Source: Phycisphaerae bacterium (lineage in GTDB: Bacteria > Planctomycetota > Phycisphaerae > SM23-33). From it: a stretch of 64,000 bases of DNA. Position 1 is the stretch's first letter, and each line of letters opens with the position of its first letter. Of this stretch, positions 37,409-47,347 are shown in pieces. Location: contig JADHXQ010000006.1 of assembly GCA_016782885.1 (NCBI GenBank), positions 6,144-70,143 on the forward strand, written 5' to 3'. The position numbers and the translations under genes were made by a program. Under the pieces are notes generated by a model. The model was not told the DNA's origin. It worked only from the letters and a program-made list of their open reading frames with translations, and made no database searches.

Positions 37409-38074
37409 CTAAACCCGCGCCGCGTCAAGAGACGCCAGGGCCTGTGTCACTTCGTCCGCGACCACCTCGGCAGGGCGGTTTCCATCAACTTCCACAATAG
37501 CCAGCGAATCGCAACCCTTGTAGTAACCGATCACGGCTTCGGTCTGGGCCCTGTATGCCTCAAGCCGCTGCCGAACGGTCGCTTCACAATCGTCACTTCG
37601 CTGAGTCAGTTCAGCATTGTCGCAATCGTCGCAGTATCCTTCGCGCCGGGGCGGCATGAAGGTAACGTGGTATCCTCGCCCGCAGAGGGGGCAGGCGCGC
37701 CGTCCGGCGATGCGCTTTACTATAATGTCATCGTCAGCCGTTATCACCACAACGGCGTCCAGCGGGCTCGCCGCTTCGGCAAGCTGCTTGTCGAGCGCTT
37801 CGCCCTGGGCAACGGTGCGCGGGAATCCGTCGAGCATCAGACCGCCGTCGACCTGAGTGACAGCCTTTGCCATCATCTCAACAACCACGTCGTCGGGCAC
37901 AAGCTCGCCGGCATCCATATATCGCGCCAACCGCAGGCCCAGCTCCGAGTTAGAAGCCTTTTCCGCACGGAAAATATCACCGCTGGAAAGGTGCTTCATC
38001 CCGAATTCCTTGACAAGCCGTTCGGCCTGCGTACCTTTACCCGCTCCGGGTGGTCCCATCAGCACAATTCTCAA
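37409..38074 (-). CDS. adk: Adenylate kinase with a Zn-binding lid
   Basis: MRIVLMGPPGAGKGTQA P-loop. Lid CPLCGRGYH...CDDCDN. Confidence 0.95.
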   Translation of the reverse strand: MRIVLMGPPGAGKGTQAERLVKEFGMKHLSSGDIFRAEKASNSELGLRLARYMDAGELVPDDVVVEMMAKAVTQVDGGLMLDGFPRTVAQGEALDKQLAEAASPLDAVVVITADDDIIVKRIAGRRACPLCGRGYHVTFMPPRREGYCDDCDNAELTQRSDDCEATVRQRLEAYRAQTEAVIGYYKGCDSLAIVEVDGNRPAEVVADEVTQALASLDAARV

Positions 38075-39636
38075 CCGTATGCTCCTTTTATCCGCGTACT
38101 TCCGCCAAGGAAGCCGTCGTAGTTTCTCATCACCAGGTTTGCTTCGATCCGCTGCACCAGATCCAGTGCAACCGACACCAGAATCAGCAATCCCGTACCG
38201 CCCAGGAAAGATGATACATCATAGGGAATATTCGCCAGTGTGGCGATCACCATCGGGATGACGGCAATGACGGCCAGGAACGCCGCACCGCAATACGTGA
38301 TGCGTCCCATGACCTTTTCGAGGTATTCCGCCGTCCGCCTGCCCGGGCGCAGGCCCGGAATGAAGCTGCCGTGGTCCCGGAGCTGGTCGGCCATCTCCTT
38401 CGGGCGGAACTGGACGGTCGTCCAGAAGAACGCGAAGAAGAATATCATCCCGACATAGCAGACGGTATAGGTGTAGCTGGTCATCTGGAAGGCTTCGGAC
38501 ATCGTGCGCGTAAAGGCGTTGTGCCACGACCTGCCCATCCAACTGAACATCATGTTGGGAAAGATCATCAGCGAACTGGCGAAGATGATCGGCATGACGC
38601 CGCCGTGGTTGATCCGCAGCGGGACAAAGTGCCGCCCGCCGGCGGTCATCCGCCGTCCGCGCACCTGCTTGGCCTGCTGAACGGGAATGCGCCGCTGACC
38701 CTGCGTTATGAGAATCGAACCAGCCACCACGAACACGAACGACAGCACCACAAATGCGATCTGCAACAGGCCCACCTGCCCGCCACCGCCTCCGGTGAGG
38801 CTCGCGTCGCTCATCGTGTAGAGCTTCGCTACCGCAGTTGGAAGGCGTACGACGATACCGGCCATGATAATAAGGCTTATACCATTGCCTATTCCGTACT
38901 CGTCGATCTGCTCGCCAAGCCACATCAGGAAGATGGTTCCGCCTGTCAAACTGACGACTCCCATCATGAATATCAGTTTTGAATCCAGGTAGTTGGGATA
39001 GAGCAACCTGTTGCCCCGCATCGTCATCATCCAGAAGGTAGCCTGAATGATGCAGAGTGCGACGGTGGCGTACCGGGTGTATTCCTGTATCTTCTTCTGA
39101 CCGGCGGGCCCTTCCTTGCGGAGTTTCTCGAGGGCCGGGACCACCGTAACGAGCAATTGGAAAATAATCGACGCCGAAATGTACGGCATGATACCAAGCC
39201 CAAAGAGGCTGGACCTCTGGAAGCTTCCGCCTGTGAGCATACTGGCCTGTGCAAGCGCCTGGGAAAACACGTTTCCTTTATCTTCGCCCCAGATCTGCAT
39301 TGCACTCTGGTCCAGACCGGCAAGAGGCACGTGGAATCCGACGCGGTAAATACAGAGCAGGCCAAGAGTAAATGCCAGTTTCTTTAGCAGTTCGGGGATG
39401 GAGAATATGTTCTCCATTACGGTTTTGACGCGCGACTCTGCCCATAATGCCCAGACATACGCGCCGAGGATCAGCAGTCCAAACACCGCCCGCATAATAC
39501 CGCCCAGAACGATACCGCTGGCCGCAGCGCCTCCGCTGTAACTTTCATATGCATCGGACAGACCCGTGGCTATCAGCCACAATGCGACTGCCGCAACAAT
39601 CATTCCGACAAGAAGTCTGAACCTTTGAAAAAGCAT
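38071..39636 (-). CDS. secY: Preprotein translocase subunit SecY, with an N-terminal extension of about 73 aa if the start at 39636 is real
   Basis: Conserved SecY begins at MENIFSIPELLKKLAFTLGLLCIYRVGFHVPLAGLD, residue 74 of the ORF. A GGAAG RBS lies 7 nt before the ATG at 39636. The extension has two hydrophobic segments. Confidence 0.9.
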   Translation of the reverse strand: MLFQRFRLLVGMIVAAVALWLIATGLSDAYESYSGGAAASGIVLGGIMRAVFGLLILGAYVWALWAESRVKTVMENIFSIPELLKKLAFTLGLLCIYRVGFHVPLAGLDQSAMQIWGEDKGNVFSQALAQASMLTGGSFQRSSLFGLGIMPYISASIIFQLLVTVVPALEKLRKEGPAGQKKIQEYTRYATVALCIIQATFWMMTMRGNRLLYPNYLDSKLIFMMGVVSLTGGTIFLMWLGEQIDEYGIGNGISLIIMAGIVVRLPTAVAKLYTMSDASLTGGGGGQVGLLQIAFVVLSFVFVVAGSILITQGQRRIPVQQAKQVRGRRMTAGGRHFVPLRINHGGVMPIIFASSLMIFPNMMFSWMGRSWHNAFTRTMSEAFQMTSYTYTVCYVGMIFFFAFFWTTVQFRPKEMADQLRDHGSFIPGLRPGRRTAEYLEKVMGRITYCGAAFLAVIAVIPMVIATLANIPYDVSSFLGGTGLLILVSVALDLVQRIEANLVMRNYDGFLGGSTRIKGAYG

Positions 39637-39681
39637 TAATTAACTTCCATGAACTCTAATTCAACGAAACCGCCTGTGTTT

Positions 39682-40125
39682 TCAAACCACCTCGACGGTC
39701 CCGCCGGCCTGTGCTATTTTTTCGGCAGCTCCCGCCGAAAATTTTGAGGCAACTACGGTAAGTTTCGTTTTCAGTTCGCCGTTACCGAGGATTTTGATCA
39801 TTTTCGCGGTATCTTCGACGAGTCCGGCTTCCTGCAGGACCTGCCCATCGACGCGCATGTCATCGTCAAAGCAATCGAGACTACCGACGTTTACGATCTG
39901 GTATTCTTTGCTGAAGTTTACGTTGCTGAACCCGCGTTTCGGGAGGCGAGCGATGGCGGGGTTCTGCCCGCCTTCGTAGCCCATCCGCTTTCCAGCGCCG
40001 CTGCGCTGTCCGTATCCCTTGTGTCCGCGGCAGCATGTCTTGCCATGGCCTGAACCGTTACCGCGACCGACACGTTTGCGGCGCTTGTCACGACCGGCTT
40101 CTTTGAGTATTTCGCCGAGTTTCAT
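39682..40125 (-). CDS. rplO: 50S ribosomal protein L15
   Basis: MKLGEILKEAGRDKRRKRVGRGNGSGHGKT. Confidence 0.95.
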   Translation of the reverse strand: MKLGEILKEAGRDKRRKRVGRGNGSGHGKTCCRGHKGYGQRSGAGKRMGYEGGQNPAIARLPKRGFSNVNFSKEYQIVNVGSLDCFDDDMRVDGQVLQEAGLVEDTAKMIKILGNGELKTKLTVVASKFSAGAAEKIAQAGGTVEVV

Positions 40126-40637
40126 CCTATGTCCACTCCACGCAGGGCGCTAACCATTTGGGCGGTGCGCAGCTTCTTCAAGGCATTCATGGATGCCCTT
40201 AAAAGATTCTTCGGTGATGTCGACCCGTAAGCTTTGGTCAACAGGTTTTGAATTCCGGCAAGTTCCAGCATGGGGCGAAGCTTCTTGCCCGCGGTTACAC
40301 CGGTACCTTCAGAGGCCGGAACCATGACAACGCTCGATGCGCCGAAACGACCGGTAACCTGGTGCGGTATCGTATGTCCTTTGAGGTTTATCAATACCAT
40401 TGACTTCTTGGCTTCGGTAATTCCTTTTTCAACGGCGGCGGGGACTTCGTTTGCCTTTCCATACCCAATACCGACCCGTCCCTGGCGGTCGCCAACAACC
40501 ACCAGGGCCGCAAAGCTGAACCGCCGCCCGCCCTTGACGACCTTCGAGCAGCGATAGATCTGAATGACATTCTCTTCCAGGCCATCGCTGGGGCCTTCGT
40601 CCCTGCTACCTCTTCGCCTTTTTCTGTCAAACGCCAC
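40122..40637 (-). CDS. rpsE: 30S ribosomal protein S5
   Basis: RCSKVVKGGRRFSFAALVVVGD ... GTGVTAGKKLRPMLELAGIQNLLTK. Confidence 0.95.
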   Translation of the reverse strand: MAFDRKRRRGSRDEGPSDGLEENVIQIYRCSKVVKGGRRFSFAALVVVGDRQGRVGIGYGKANEVPAAVEKGITEAKKSMVLINLKGHTIPHQVTGRFGASSVVMVPASEGTGVTAGKKLRPMLELAGIQNLLTKAYGSTSPKNLLRASMNALKKLRTAQMVSALRGVDIG

Positions 40638-40652
40638 TACGCACGCTCCTGC

Positions 40653-41051
40653 TTAAAATTTCAAACCGCCCTCGCGGGCGGCTTCGGCAAGTTCTTTAAC
40701 CCGACCGTGAAACGCACAACCGTTGCGGTCGAAGACTACCTTCGTGATACCTGCTTTGGTCGCCTTGGCGGCGATGCTCTGCCCGACGAGTTTGGCGCCC
40801 TTGCGGTTTCCTCTGGCGACCGGATCGTCGCAGAGAGACTTCTCAAGCGTCGACGCGGCCACCAGGGTGCGCCCTTCCATATCGTCTATGATCTGGGCAT
40901 AAATATTCTTGTTGCTCCGAAAAACCGTCAGCCTCGGGCGGTCGGCGGTTCCTGTCACGTTCTTGCGAACATGCAGTTTTCGCCGTTTTCGCCGAAGAGT
41001 TTTCTTCTCGATTGCCTTCATGATTCGTATCCCACTGGGGGTCAGTGTCAA
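40653..41051 (-). CDS. rplR: 50S ribosomal protein L18 (alternative start at 41021)
   Basis: [17 protein letters not shown]...[27 protein letters not shown]. Confidence 0.93.
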   Translation of the reverse strand: MTLTPSGIRIMKAIEKKTLRRKRRKLHVRKNVTGTADRPRLTVFRSNKNIYAQIIDDMEGRTLVAASTLEKSLCDDPVARGNRKGAKLVGQSIAAKATKAGITKVVFDRNGCAFHGRVKELAEAAREGGLKF

Positions 41052-41062
41052 TAGTTGCGCGA

Positions 41063-41641
41063 TCAGGTACCGGTACCGGCAAATGCCTTACCGACCTTGC
41101 GACGCACATACTCGCCCGCATAACGTATACCCTTGCCCTTGTAGGGCTCGGGCTTGCGAGCCATACGGATTTTTGCAGCCAGTTGTCCGACGACCTGCTT
41201 GTCAGCTCCGGAAACGGTAAACCTGGCCGGGTCCGTGTCGCCTCTGGCCTGAGGCGTCTGTACTTCAACGGTCACGCCGGGAGGCACTTCAAAGACTACC
41301 GGGTGGCTGTATCCGCAGTTGACGGTCAACTTATTACCCTGCAACTGGACTCCGTACCCGACACCATATACTTCCAGCCCGCGAACGAATCCATTGGCGC
41401 AGCCTTCAATCATGTTGGCGATCAGGCTGCGGGTCAGACCGTGCAGCGATCGGCTGAATCGATCGTCATCGCTTCGCGTGACGGTTATAACCTTCTCGGC
41501 TTCGTTTATCTCGACGGCGACTTCCGGTCGGTGGGTCCAGAAGAGCTTGCCCTTGGGCCCTTCGACCGTGACGTTGCGCTGGTTGAGCGTAACAGTAACG
41601 CCGGCGACAATAGGAATCGGGTTTTTTCCAATACGTGACAT
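41063..41641 (-). CDS. rplF: 50S ribosomal protein L6
   Basis: [33 protein letters not shown]. Confidence 0.95.
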   Translation of the reverse strand: MSRIGKNPIPIVAGVTVTLNQRNVTVEGPKGKLFWTHRPEVAVEINEAEKVITVTRSDDDRFSRSLHGLTRSLIANMIEGCANGFVRGLEVYGVGYGVQLQGNKLTVNCGYSHPVVFEVPPGVTVEVQTPQARGDTDPARFTVSGADKQVVGQLAAKIRMARKPEPYKGKGIRYAGEYVRRKVGKAFAGTGT

Positions 41642-41654
41642 CGCTGTTACCTCG

Positions 41655-42053
41655 TCAACACACTATGCACAGGACTTCGCCGCCGACCTTCAACTGGCGG
41701 CACTGGCGGTCGCTCAGAACGCCTCGAGACGTCGAAACAATCGCTATGCCCAGTCCACCCAACGGGCGTGGAATAGCATCCACCCCGGAATAAACTCGCT
41801 GGCCCGGTCTCGAAGCACGCTTCACGTCAGTGACGACGTCTTCGCCTCTCGGACCGTATTTCAAATAGACCCGCAACAGTCCCTGCTTGTTGTCCTCGAC
41901 GCGCTTGAAATCCAGAATGTATCCTTCATCCTTCAGGACCTGACAGACGCCCTGGCAGACCTTCGAGGCCCGGATATTAACTACGTCGTGCCTGGCCGCA
42001 AGCGCATTGCGAATCCGCGTCAGCATATCAGCTATGGGATCAGACAAACTCAT
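41655..42053 (-). CDS. rpsH: 30S ribosomal protein S8
   Basis: MSLSDPIADMLTRIRNALAARHD. Confidence 0.95.
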   Translation of the reverse strand: MSLSDPIADMLTRIRNALAARHDVVNIRASKVCQGVCQVLKDEGYILDFKRVEDNKQGLLRVYLKYGPRGEDVVTDVKRASRPGQRVYSGVDAIPRPLGGLGIAIVSTSRGVLSDRQCRQLKVGGEVLCIVC

Positions 42054-42069
42054 CTTCGCTGCTTCCTGT

Positions 42070-42255
42070 TTACCAACTGGCCTTTTTCAGTCCTGGAATC
42101 TTGCCCTCGTGGGCCAACTCTCTCAGACAAATTCGGCATATTCGAAACTTCCTGTAGATACCTCGGGGCCGGCCACACAACTGGCACCGCCGAATCCGCC
42201 TGGTTGAAAACTTCGGCGGTCGTTTTGATTTAGCTAATTGTGCGCTTGTCGCCAT
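42070..42255 (-). CDS. rpsZ: 30S ribosomal protein S14, type Z (zinc-binding, 61 aa)
   Basis: [46 protein letters not shown]. The ORF is open to 42276. Confidence 0.92.
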   Translation of the reverse strand: MATSAQLAKSKRPPKFSTRRIRRCQLCGRPRGIYRKFRICRICLRELAHEGKIPGLKKASW

Positions 42256-42272
42256 AAACTTCTCCAACGTCC

Positions 42273-42818
42273 TCAATCCGTGCGAAACGGCATGCCCATA
42301 AGACTCAGCAGTTCGCGGGCCTCTTCATCACTTTTTGCGGTGGTCCTGATCGCCACGTTCATGCCCTGCGTGAACGTCACGCTGGACGGATCAATCTCTG
42401 GGAAAACCGACTGCTCGGTGAATCCCATGTTGTAATTGCCTCTCCCGTCAAAACTCGACGCGTTCAGACCGCGGAAGTCCTTGACCCTCGGGATCGCCAA
42501 CGAAATCATCCGATCGAGAAACTCGTACATCCTTGAGCCTCTGAGCGTAACCTTCAATCCGACGTTCATTCCTTCGCGGAGTTTGAAGTTACTGACACTC
42601 ATCTTGGCCTTGGTGATAATCGGATTCTGCCCGGCGATCAGCGCCAGTTGTTTCTGGGCGGTTTCGAGCTTGCCCTTCTCTTCATGGGCTTTGCCCATTC
42701 CCATCGAAACAACTATCTTCTCGACCTTGGGAATCGACAGGCGGTTGGTGTAACCGAACCGCTCAGTCAGGACCGGAAGGACATCATTTCTGTATTTTTC
42801 TAATAAGCGTGGTTGCAT
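42273..42818 (-). CDS. rplE: 50S ribosomal protein L5
   Basis: [25 protein letters not shown]... Confidence 0.95.
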   Translation of the reverse strand: MQPRLLEKYRNDVLPVLTERFGYTNRLSIPKVEKIVVSMGMGKAHEEKGKLETAQKQLALIAGQNPIITKAKMSVSNFKLREGMNVGLKVTLRGSRMYEFLDRMISLAIPRVKDFRGLNASSFDGRGNYNMGFTEQSVFPEIDPSSVTFTQGMNVAIRTTAKSDEEARELLSLMGMPFRTD

Positions 42819-42833
42819 CTCTAAAACCCGGCC

Positions 42834-43178
42834 TTACCTGGCTTTTCTCAGAATTCCCAGCGACTCGCCGGATCTCCGTGCGATTCGCTCTTTACTTCCG
42901 TCCGCATTAATCCGAACACCGACCCGCGTCGCCTGCTCGGCCTTGGGATCCTTGGGATCCACCGGTAACACGTTGGAGATATGGACGGGCATCTCCTTCT
43001 GGATTCGCCCGCCCTGGGGGTGCTTCTTCGAGGGGCGCAGGTGCCTGTAGACGCGATTGACGCCCTGGACCAGCACCTTATCCCTGGAAGGATACACCGC
43101 CATCACCTCGCCAACCTTACCGCGGTCATCACCGGAGAGGATCTTGACCATGTCACCTTTAACTATGTGTCTGGCCAT
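42834..43178 (-). CDS. rplX: 50S ribosomal protein L24
   Basis: [28 protein letters not shown] (KOW). Confidence 0.95.
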   Translation of the reverse strand: MARHIVKGDMVKILSGDDRGKVGEVMAVYPSRDKVLVQGVNRVYRHLRPSKKHPQGGRIQKEMPVHISNVLPVDPKDPKAEQATRVGVRINADGSKERIARRSGESLGILRKAR

Positions 43179-43567
43179 TACACTACCTCATTGGCAAGGG
43201 AAACGATCTTCATGAAGCCCATATCCCTGAGTTCTCTCGCGACAGCCCCGAATATCCGAGTCCCGCGGGGATTTCCATCGGCATCGACTATCACCGCGGC
43301 GTTCTTGTCGAACCGAACGTAGCTGCCGTCTGTTCTGCGAATAGCATGCGCGGTTCGCACGATTACACACCTGACGATATCGCCCTTCTTCACCTCACCG
43401 CCCGGTGTTGCTTTCTTTACCGAACAGATAATGATCTGCCCGATCCCGGCTATGCGGCGCTTATAGGTGCGTTTCCGTCTTGTCGAGCCGCCGAGCACGC
43501 GTATACAACCCACTATCTGGGCTCCGCTGTTGTCGGCCACTTCTAATCTTGTTTCCGCCTGAATCAC
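43178..43567 (-). CDS. rplN: 50S ribosomal protein L14
   Basis: [28 protein letters not shown]...[12 protein letters not shown]. Confidence 0.95.
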   Translation of the reverse strand: MIQAETRLEVADNSGAQIVGCIRVLGGSTRRKRTYKRRIAGIGQIIICSVKKATPGGEVKKGDIVRCVIVRTAHAIRRTDGSYVRFDKNAAVIVDADGNPRGTRIFGAVARELRDMGFMKIVSLANEVV

Positions 43568-43593
43568 AGATAAAGTCCTTTACTGCAAACCTG

Positions 43594-43878
43594 CTATACA
43601 ACTTCATCGTGGCGGATGATTCGCAACAACCGCCAGGTCTTGTTTTTGCTGATTGGACGGCAAGGAACGATTTCCACCAGGTCGCCCACGACCGCGGTAT
43701 TTTCCGGGTCGTGAACGGCGAGTCTCGTACGCTTATGCACGTACTTGTGATACCGCGGGTGCTTCGTCAGATTGTCCACGTCAACGCGGATGGTTTTGTT
43801 CCCGCTGATCTTACCGACCCGGCCGGTCTTCTGGCCAGTCAGTGCGCTCTGCTTTTCTGTCGTTTCTGTATCGCTCAT
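43594..43878 (-). CDS. rpsQ: 30S ribosomal protein S17
   Basis: GKISGNKTIRVDVDNLTKHPRYHKYVHKRTRLAVHDPEN. Confidence 0.93.
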   Translation of the reverse strand: MSDTETTEKQSALTGQKTGRVGKISGNKTIRVDVDNLTKHPRYHKYVHKRTRLAVHDPENTAVVGDLVEIVPCRPISKNKTWRLLRIIRHDEVV

Positions 43879-43892
43879 TTACCTTTGCTCAA

Positions 43893-44105
43893 TCACTGCC
43901 TGTCTTCGACGGCGACCGCCAGCTCACGCTGGTGCTGCACCGTCAGCATTCTTGCGATATCCGTCTTGGCCTTGGCGATCATGGTCGGGTCCTCCAGGCG
44001 TTCGGTAACGGCCTGGGCCCTCAGGTCGAACAGGTGACGCCTGAGGCGCTCCAGTTCGGCAGCCAACTCTTCGGGACTTAATTCTCTTACTTCGCTTATT
44101 TTCAT
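43893..44105 (-). CDS. rpmC: 50S ribosomal protein L29 (start MKISEVRELS; the ORF is open further upstream)
   Basis: MKISEVRELSPEELAAELERLRRHLFDLRAQAVTERLEDP. Confidence 0.9.
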   Translation of the reverse strand: MKISEVRELSPEELAAELERLRRHLFDLRAQAVTERLEDPTMIAKAKTDIARMLTVQHQRELAVAVEDRQ

Positions 44106-44124
44106 CGTCGAGACACCTTCGGAG

Positions 44125-44538
44125 TCATGCCCTTCTGGACAGGAGGCGGCAACGCACGGGCATTTTGTGTGCCACGCGGACGAGTGCCATCTTGGCCGTC
44201 TCATCGTCCACACCACCGATTTCAAACAGAACAGTCCCGGGCTTGACGCACGCGACCCAATCTTTGGTCTCGCCCTTTCCCTTACCCATCCGCGTTTCCA
44301 AGGGTTTGGAACTTATGGGCTTGTCGGGGAAGACCCTGATGTATACCTTGCCCTCACGATGCAAATAGTGAGTGGCCGCCACTCGACCGGCCTCGAGCTG
44401 CCTGGCAGTTATCCAGTGCGCTTCAAGGCTCTGTATTCCGTAGTCGCCGAAAGCAACGGTCTGACCGCGAGTCGCGTGCCCATTCATCTTACCGCGCATC
44501 TGCTTTCGATGCTTGATTCTCTTTGGCATCATTGCCAT
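44125..44538 (-). CDS. rplP: 50S ribosomal protein L16
   Basis: MMPKRIKHRKQMRGKMNGHATRG...IRVFPDKPISSKPLETRMGKGKG. Confidence 0.95.
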   Translation of the reverse strand: MAMMPKRIKHRKQMRGKMNGHATRGQTVAFGDYGIQSLEAHWITARQLEAGRVAATHYLHREGKVYIRVFPDKPISSKPLETRMGKGKGETKDWVACVKPGTVLFEIGGVDDETAKMALVRVAHKMPVRCRLLSRRA

Positions 44539-44550
44539 GGTTGTACCTGC

Positions 44551-45480
44551 CTACTTGCTCTCGGTTGAGTCACTGGGTGTATCGATCGCGGGCGCCTCGG
44601 GCGGCGCCGCCGGAGGATCCGGCGCGGGCTGCTCTACCGGTGCGCCGGACGCCGCCGGAACGCCGCTTGTTTTTCCGCGACGGGGACCTTGCGATCTCGG
44701 GCGTCCACCACCACCGGGACCACCGGGACCACCGGGACCACCGGGACCACCGGGACCACCGGGACCACCACCATCACGTTGCTGATACCTGCGTCTTGCG
44801 CGGGTCATCGCTGCTTGCTGGGAGTCGGAGATCTCTTCTTCCTCGCCAAACATGCAGCGGAATATCCAGACCTTGATACCAACGCAACCGTATGTGGTAA
44901 CGGCCACTGCAAGTCCGTAGTCCACGTCGGCCTCGAGCGTATGCAGCGGGACAGAACCGCGAACCTGAGTCTCGGATCTCGCGATTTCCGCTCCACCGAG
45001 GCGTCCACCGACGGTTATCTTGACGCCCTTGGCGCCGGCCTGCATGCAGGCATCGGCACGCTGTTTGATCACGCGACGGAAGCTGGCGCGCCGCTTGATC
45101 TGCTCTGCGATTCCTTCGGCTACCAGGTTGGCTTCGAGGTCCGGATTTCTGATCTCGATAATATTGATGTTGACGCGTCTGTCAGTAAGGTCTTCAATGG
45201 CTTCTTTGAGTTTTTCGACCTCCGCGCCCTTTGGCCCGATGACAAGCCCGGGTCTGGCGGTTCTGAGCGATACCTTGACTTCTTCTCGGGTCCGATCGAT
45301 CTCAACGCTGCTGACAGCCGCATAAGGAGGCTGGCGGTTGAGTCTCTGATCGACGAAGCGTCGAATCTTCTCATCCTCGACGAGAAACTCTCCGAAGTTG
45401 CTCTTCGGTGCAAACCAGCGACTTTTCCATCCGATGGTTATACCGGTGCGAAATCCAATTGGGTTTACCTTTTGGCCCAT
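44551..45480 (-). CDS. rpsC: 30S ribosomal protein S3 with a Gly/Pro-rich (GGP)n C-terminal extension
   Basis: MGQKVNPIGFRTGITIGWKSRWFA... KH and S3-C domains. The tail GGGPGGPGGPGGPGGPGGPGGGGRPRSQGPRRG... is encoded by 9-bp tandem repeats (CACCGGGAC)n. Confidence 0.93.
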   Translation of the reverse strand: MGQKVNPIGFRTGITIGWKSRWFAPKSNFGEFLVEDEKIRRFVDQRLNRQPPYAAVSSVEIDRTREEVKVSLRTARPGLVIGPKGAEVEKLKEAIEDLTDRRVNINIIEIRNPDLEANLVAEGIAEQIKRRASFRRVIKQRADACMQAGAKGVKITVGGRLGGAEIARSETQVRGSVPLHTLEADVDYGLAVAVTTYGCVGIKVWIFRCMFGEEEEISDSQQAAMTRARRRYQQRDGGGPGGPGGPGGPGGPGGPGGGGRPRSQGPRRGKTSGVPAASGAPVEQPAPDPPAAPPEAPAIDTPSDSTESK

Positions 45481-45494
45481 AATCGCCTGAGTTC

Positions 45495-45824
45495 CTATTC
45501 TACTTCAACAACAACGGTGATGTGGCTGGTTCGTTTCATGATCGGGTGTGCTCGTCCACGGTCTTTTGGGCGAAATCTCTTCATCGTAGGGCCTTCGTCA
45601 ACCTTTGCTGTTTCCACGTACAACTTGTCGACGTCGGCTTCAGCTTCGTTGGCGTTGGCCACCGCACTGGTCAATACCTGCGAGACCATAACGGCCGCCC
45701 GCTGCGGCATGAACTTCAAGACGTTCAAAGCCTCCTGAACGTCGCGTCCGCGGATGAGGTCAGTCATCAACTTGACCTTTCGTGGACTTATTCGTGCGAA
45801 TCTATGTGCTGCTCGCCAAGCCAT
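45495..45824 (-). CDS. rplV: 50S ribosomal protein L22
   Basis: MAWRAAHRFARISPRKVKLMTDLIRGRDVQEAL. Confidence 0.95.
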   Translation of the reverse strand: MAWRAAHRFARISPRKVKLMTDLIRGRDVQEALNVLKFMPQRAAVMVSQVLTSAVANANEAEADVDKLYVETAKVDEGPTMKRFRPKDRGRAHPIMKRTSHITVVVEVE

Positions 45825-45890
45825 CTTTCAGTAATCCTTGCTTCCCAGGGCGTGTGTGGACCGTTGGGTCAGATACTCGCTGTTTATCTA

Positions 45891-46154
45891 TCATTTTCTT
45901 CCGCTATGTCCGCGGAACATACGGGTGGGACTGAACTCGCCAAGCTTGTGTCCGACCATATCCTCGGTAATCTGTACGCGAAGGAAGGTCTTACCGTTAT
46001 GCACCATGAAGGTCTCTCCGATAAACTCCGGAACGATGGTACATGCCCGGCGCCAGGTTTTGATGGCCTCCCGCCCGCCGGACTCCTTGGCCTTCATAAC
46101 CTTCATGTATAGTTTTTCGTCGACGTATGGGCCTTTTTTAGCGCTTCTGGTCAT
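45891..46154 (-). CDS. rpsS: 30S ribosomal protein S19
   Basis: [15 protein letters not shown]...[33 protein letters not shown]. Confidence 0.95.
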   Translation of the reverse strand: MTRSAKKGPYVDEKLYMKVMKAKESGGREAIKTWRRACTIVPEFIGETFMVHNGKTFLRVQITEDMVGHKLGEFSPTRMFRGHSGRK

Positions 46155-46179
46155 CTCTTACTACTCATGTGAGCCTGGT

Positions 46180-47031
46180 TTACAACGTCAGTTGTCCGTG
46201 ACGGACGTTCCTGCGCCGTCGCAGGATCAGCTTGTTTGAAGGCTTCTTCTTTCGCCTGGTTTTTCCGCCTTTGGACAGTTTTCCGGTAGGCGAACAGGGC
46301 TGTCTTCCGCCATGGCGCCGTCCTTCACCACCGCCCATCGGATGGTCTACCGGGTTCATCGCCGTACCGCGAACGTGAGGTCGACGGCCCAGGTGGCGTT
46401 TACGCCCGGCCTTTCCGAGCCGTACGCCCTGATGCTCGGTATTGCCCACCTGCCCGATAGTCGCCCGGCAGGCGATATTAATCATTCTTGTTTCGCCCGA
46501 AGGCAGGATCAGGTGAGCGTACTTTCCGTCTCTTCCGCTCAACCTCGCCGAGGCTCCGGCGGTTCGGACCATCTTACCGCCCTGCCCGGGTCTCATTTCA
46601 ATATTGTGGACTTCCATACCCAGCGGAATATTGCTCAGCAACATGCAATTTCCGACTCTGGGCTCACACTTCTCGCCGCTGATGATTTTCTGTCCGGTTT
46701 TGATACCGACCGGCGCCAGGATGTAACGCTTTTCTCCGTCTTCATACTGCACCAAGGCAATATTGCAGCTCCGGTTGGGGTCGTATTCTATCCCAATCAC
46801 TTCGGCGGACATACCGTCCTTGCCGCGTTTGAAGTCGATCACCCGATACATCCGCTTGTGCCCGCCACCACGGTGTCTGCAGGTAATCTTACCGCTGTGG
46901 TTGCGCCCGCCCCTCTTCTTCAGCGGTTTAAGGAGCGACTTCTCGGGTTTGGACTTCGTAACCTCGGAGTACTCGTTGACCGAGCTGTTTCGCCTGCCGG
47001 CAGAGGTCGGTTTGTATTTTTTGATCGCCAT
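46180..47031 (-). CDS. rplB: 50S ribosomal protein L2 (start [10 protein letters not shown]; the ORF is open to 47088)
   Basis: [17 protein letters not shown]...HIGDII...[18 protein letters not shown]. Confidence 0.95.
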   Translation of the reverse strand: MAIKKYKPTSAGRRNSSVNEYSEVTKSKPEKSLLKPLKKRGGRNHSGKITCRHRGGGHKRMYRVIDFKRGKDGMSAEVIGIEYDPNRSCNIALVQYEDGEKRYILAPVGIKTGQKIISGEKCEPRVGNCMLLSNIPLGMEVHNIEMRPGQGGKMVRTAGASARLSGRDGKYAHLILPSGETRMINIACRATIGQVGNTEHQGVRLGKAGRKRHLGRRPHVRGTAMNPVDHPMGGGEGRRHGGRQPCSPTGKLSKGGKTRRKKKPSNKLILRRRRNVRHGQLTL

Positions 47032-47059
47032 GATGCTTCTTACCTTGGTCTGGAATCCG

Positions 47060-47344
47060 CTAAAACAGGTCGATGCGGTAGTCCTCATGCAGGTGTACGA
47101 TCGCCTTTTTCCATCTGTTGGTCACGCCCATAGTACGCCCTTGCCGCCGTGGCTTTCCTCTACGGTTGGCCGTTCGGACGGACTTGACCTTGACCTTGTA
47201 TATCTTCTCGATCGCCTGCTTGATCTGGGCCTTGTTAGAACTCCAAGCCACCATGAAAGCATAGTCGTTTCGCTTCTCGCCAAGATGGGTGCTCTTCTCG
47301 GTTATAAGCGGGCGAATGATGATGGAATATATGTCGTTCTTCAT
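47060..47344 (-). CDS. rplW: 50S ribosomal protein L23
   Basis: [45 protein letters not shown]. Confidence 0.93.
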   Translation of the reverse strand: MKNDIYSIIIRPLITEKSTHLGEKRNDYAFMVAWSSNKAQIKQAIEKIYKVKVKSVRTANRRGKPRRQGRTMGVTNRWKKAIVHLHEDYRIDLF

Positions 47345-47347
47345 CGC

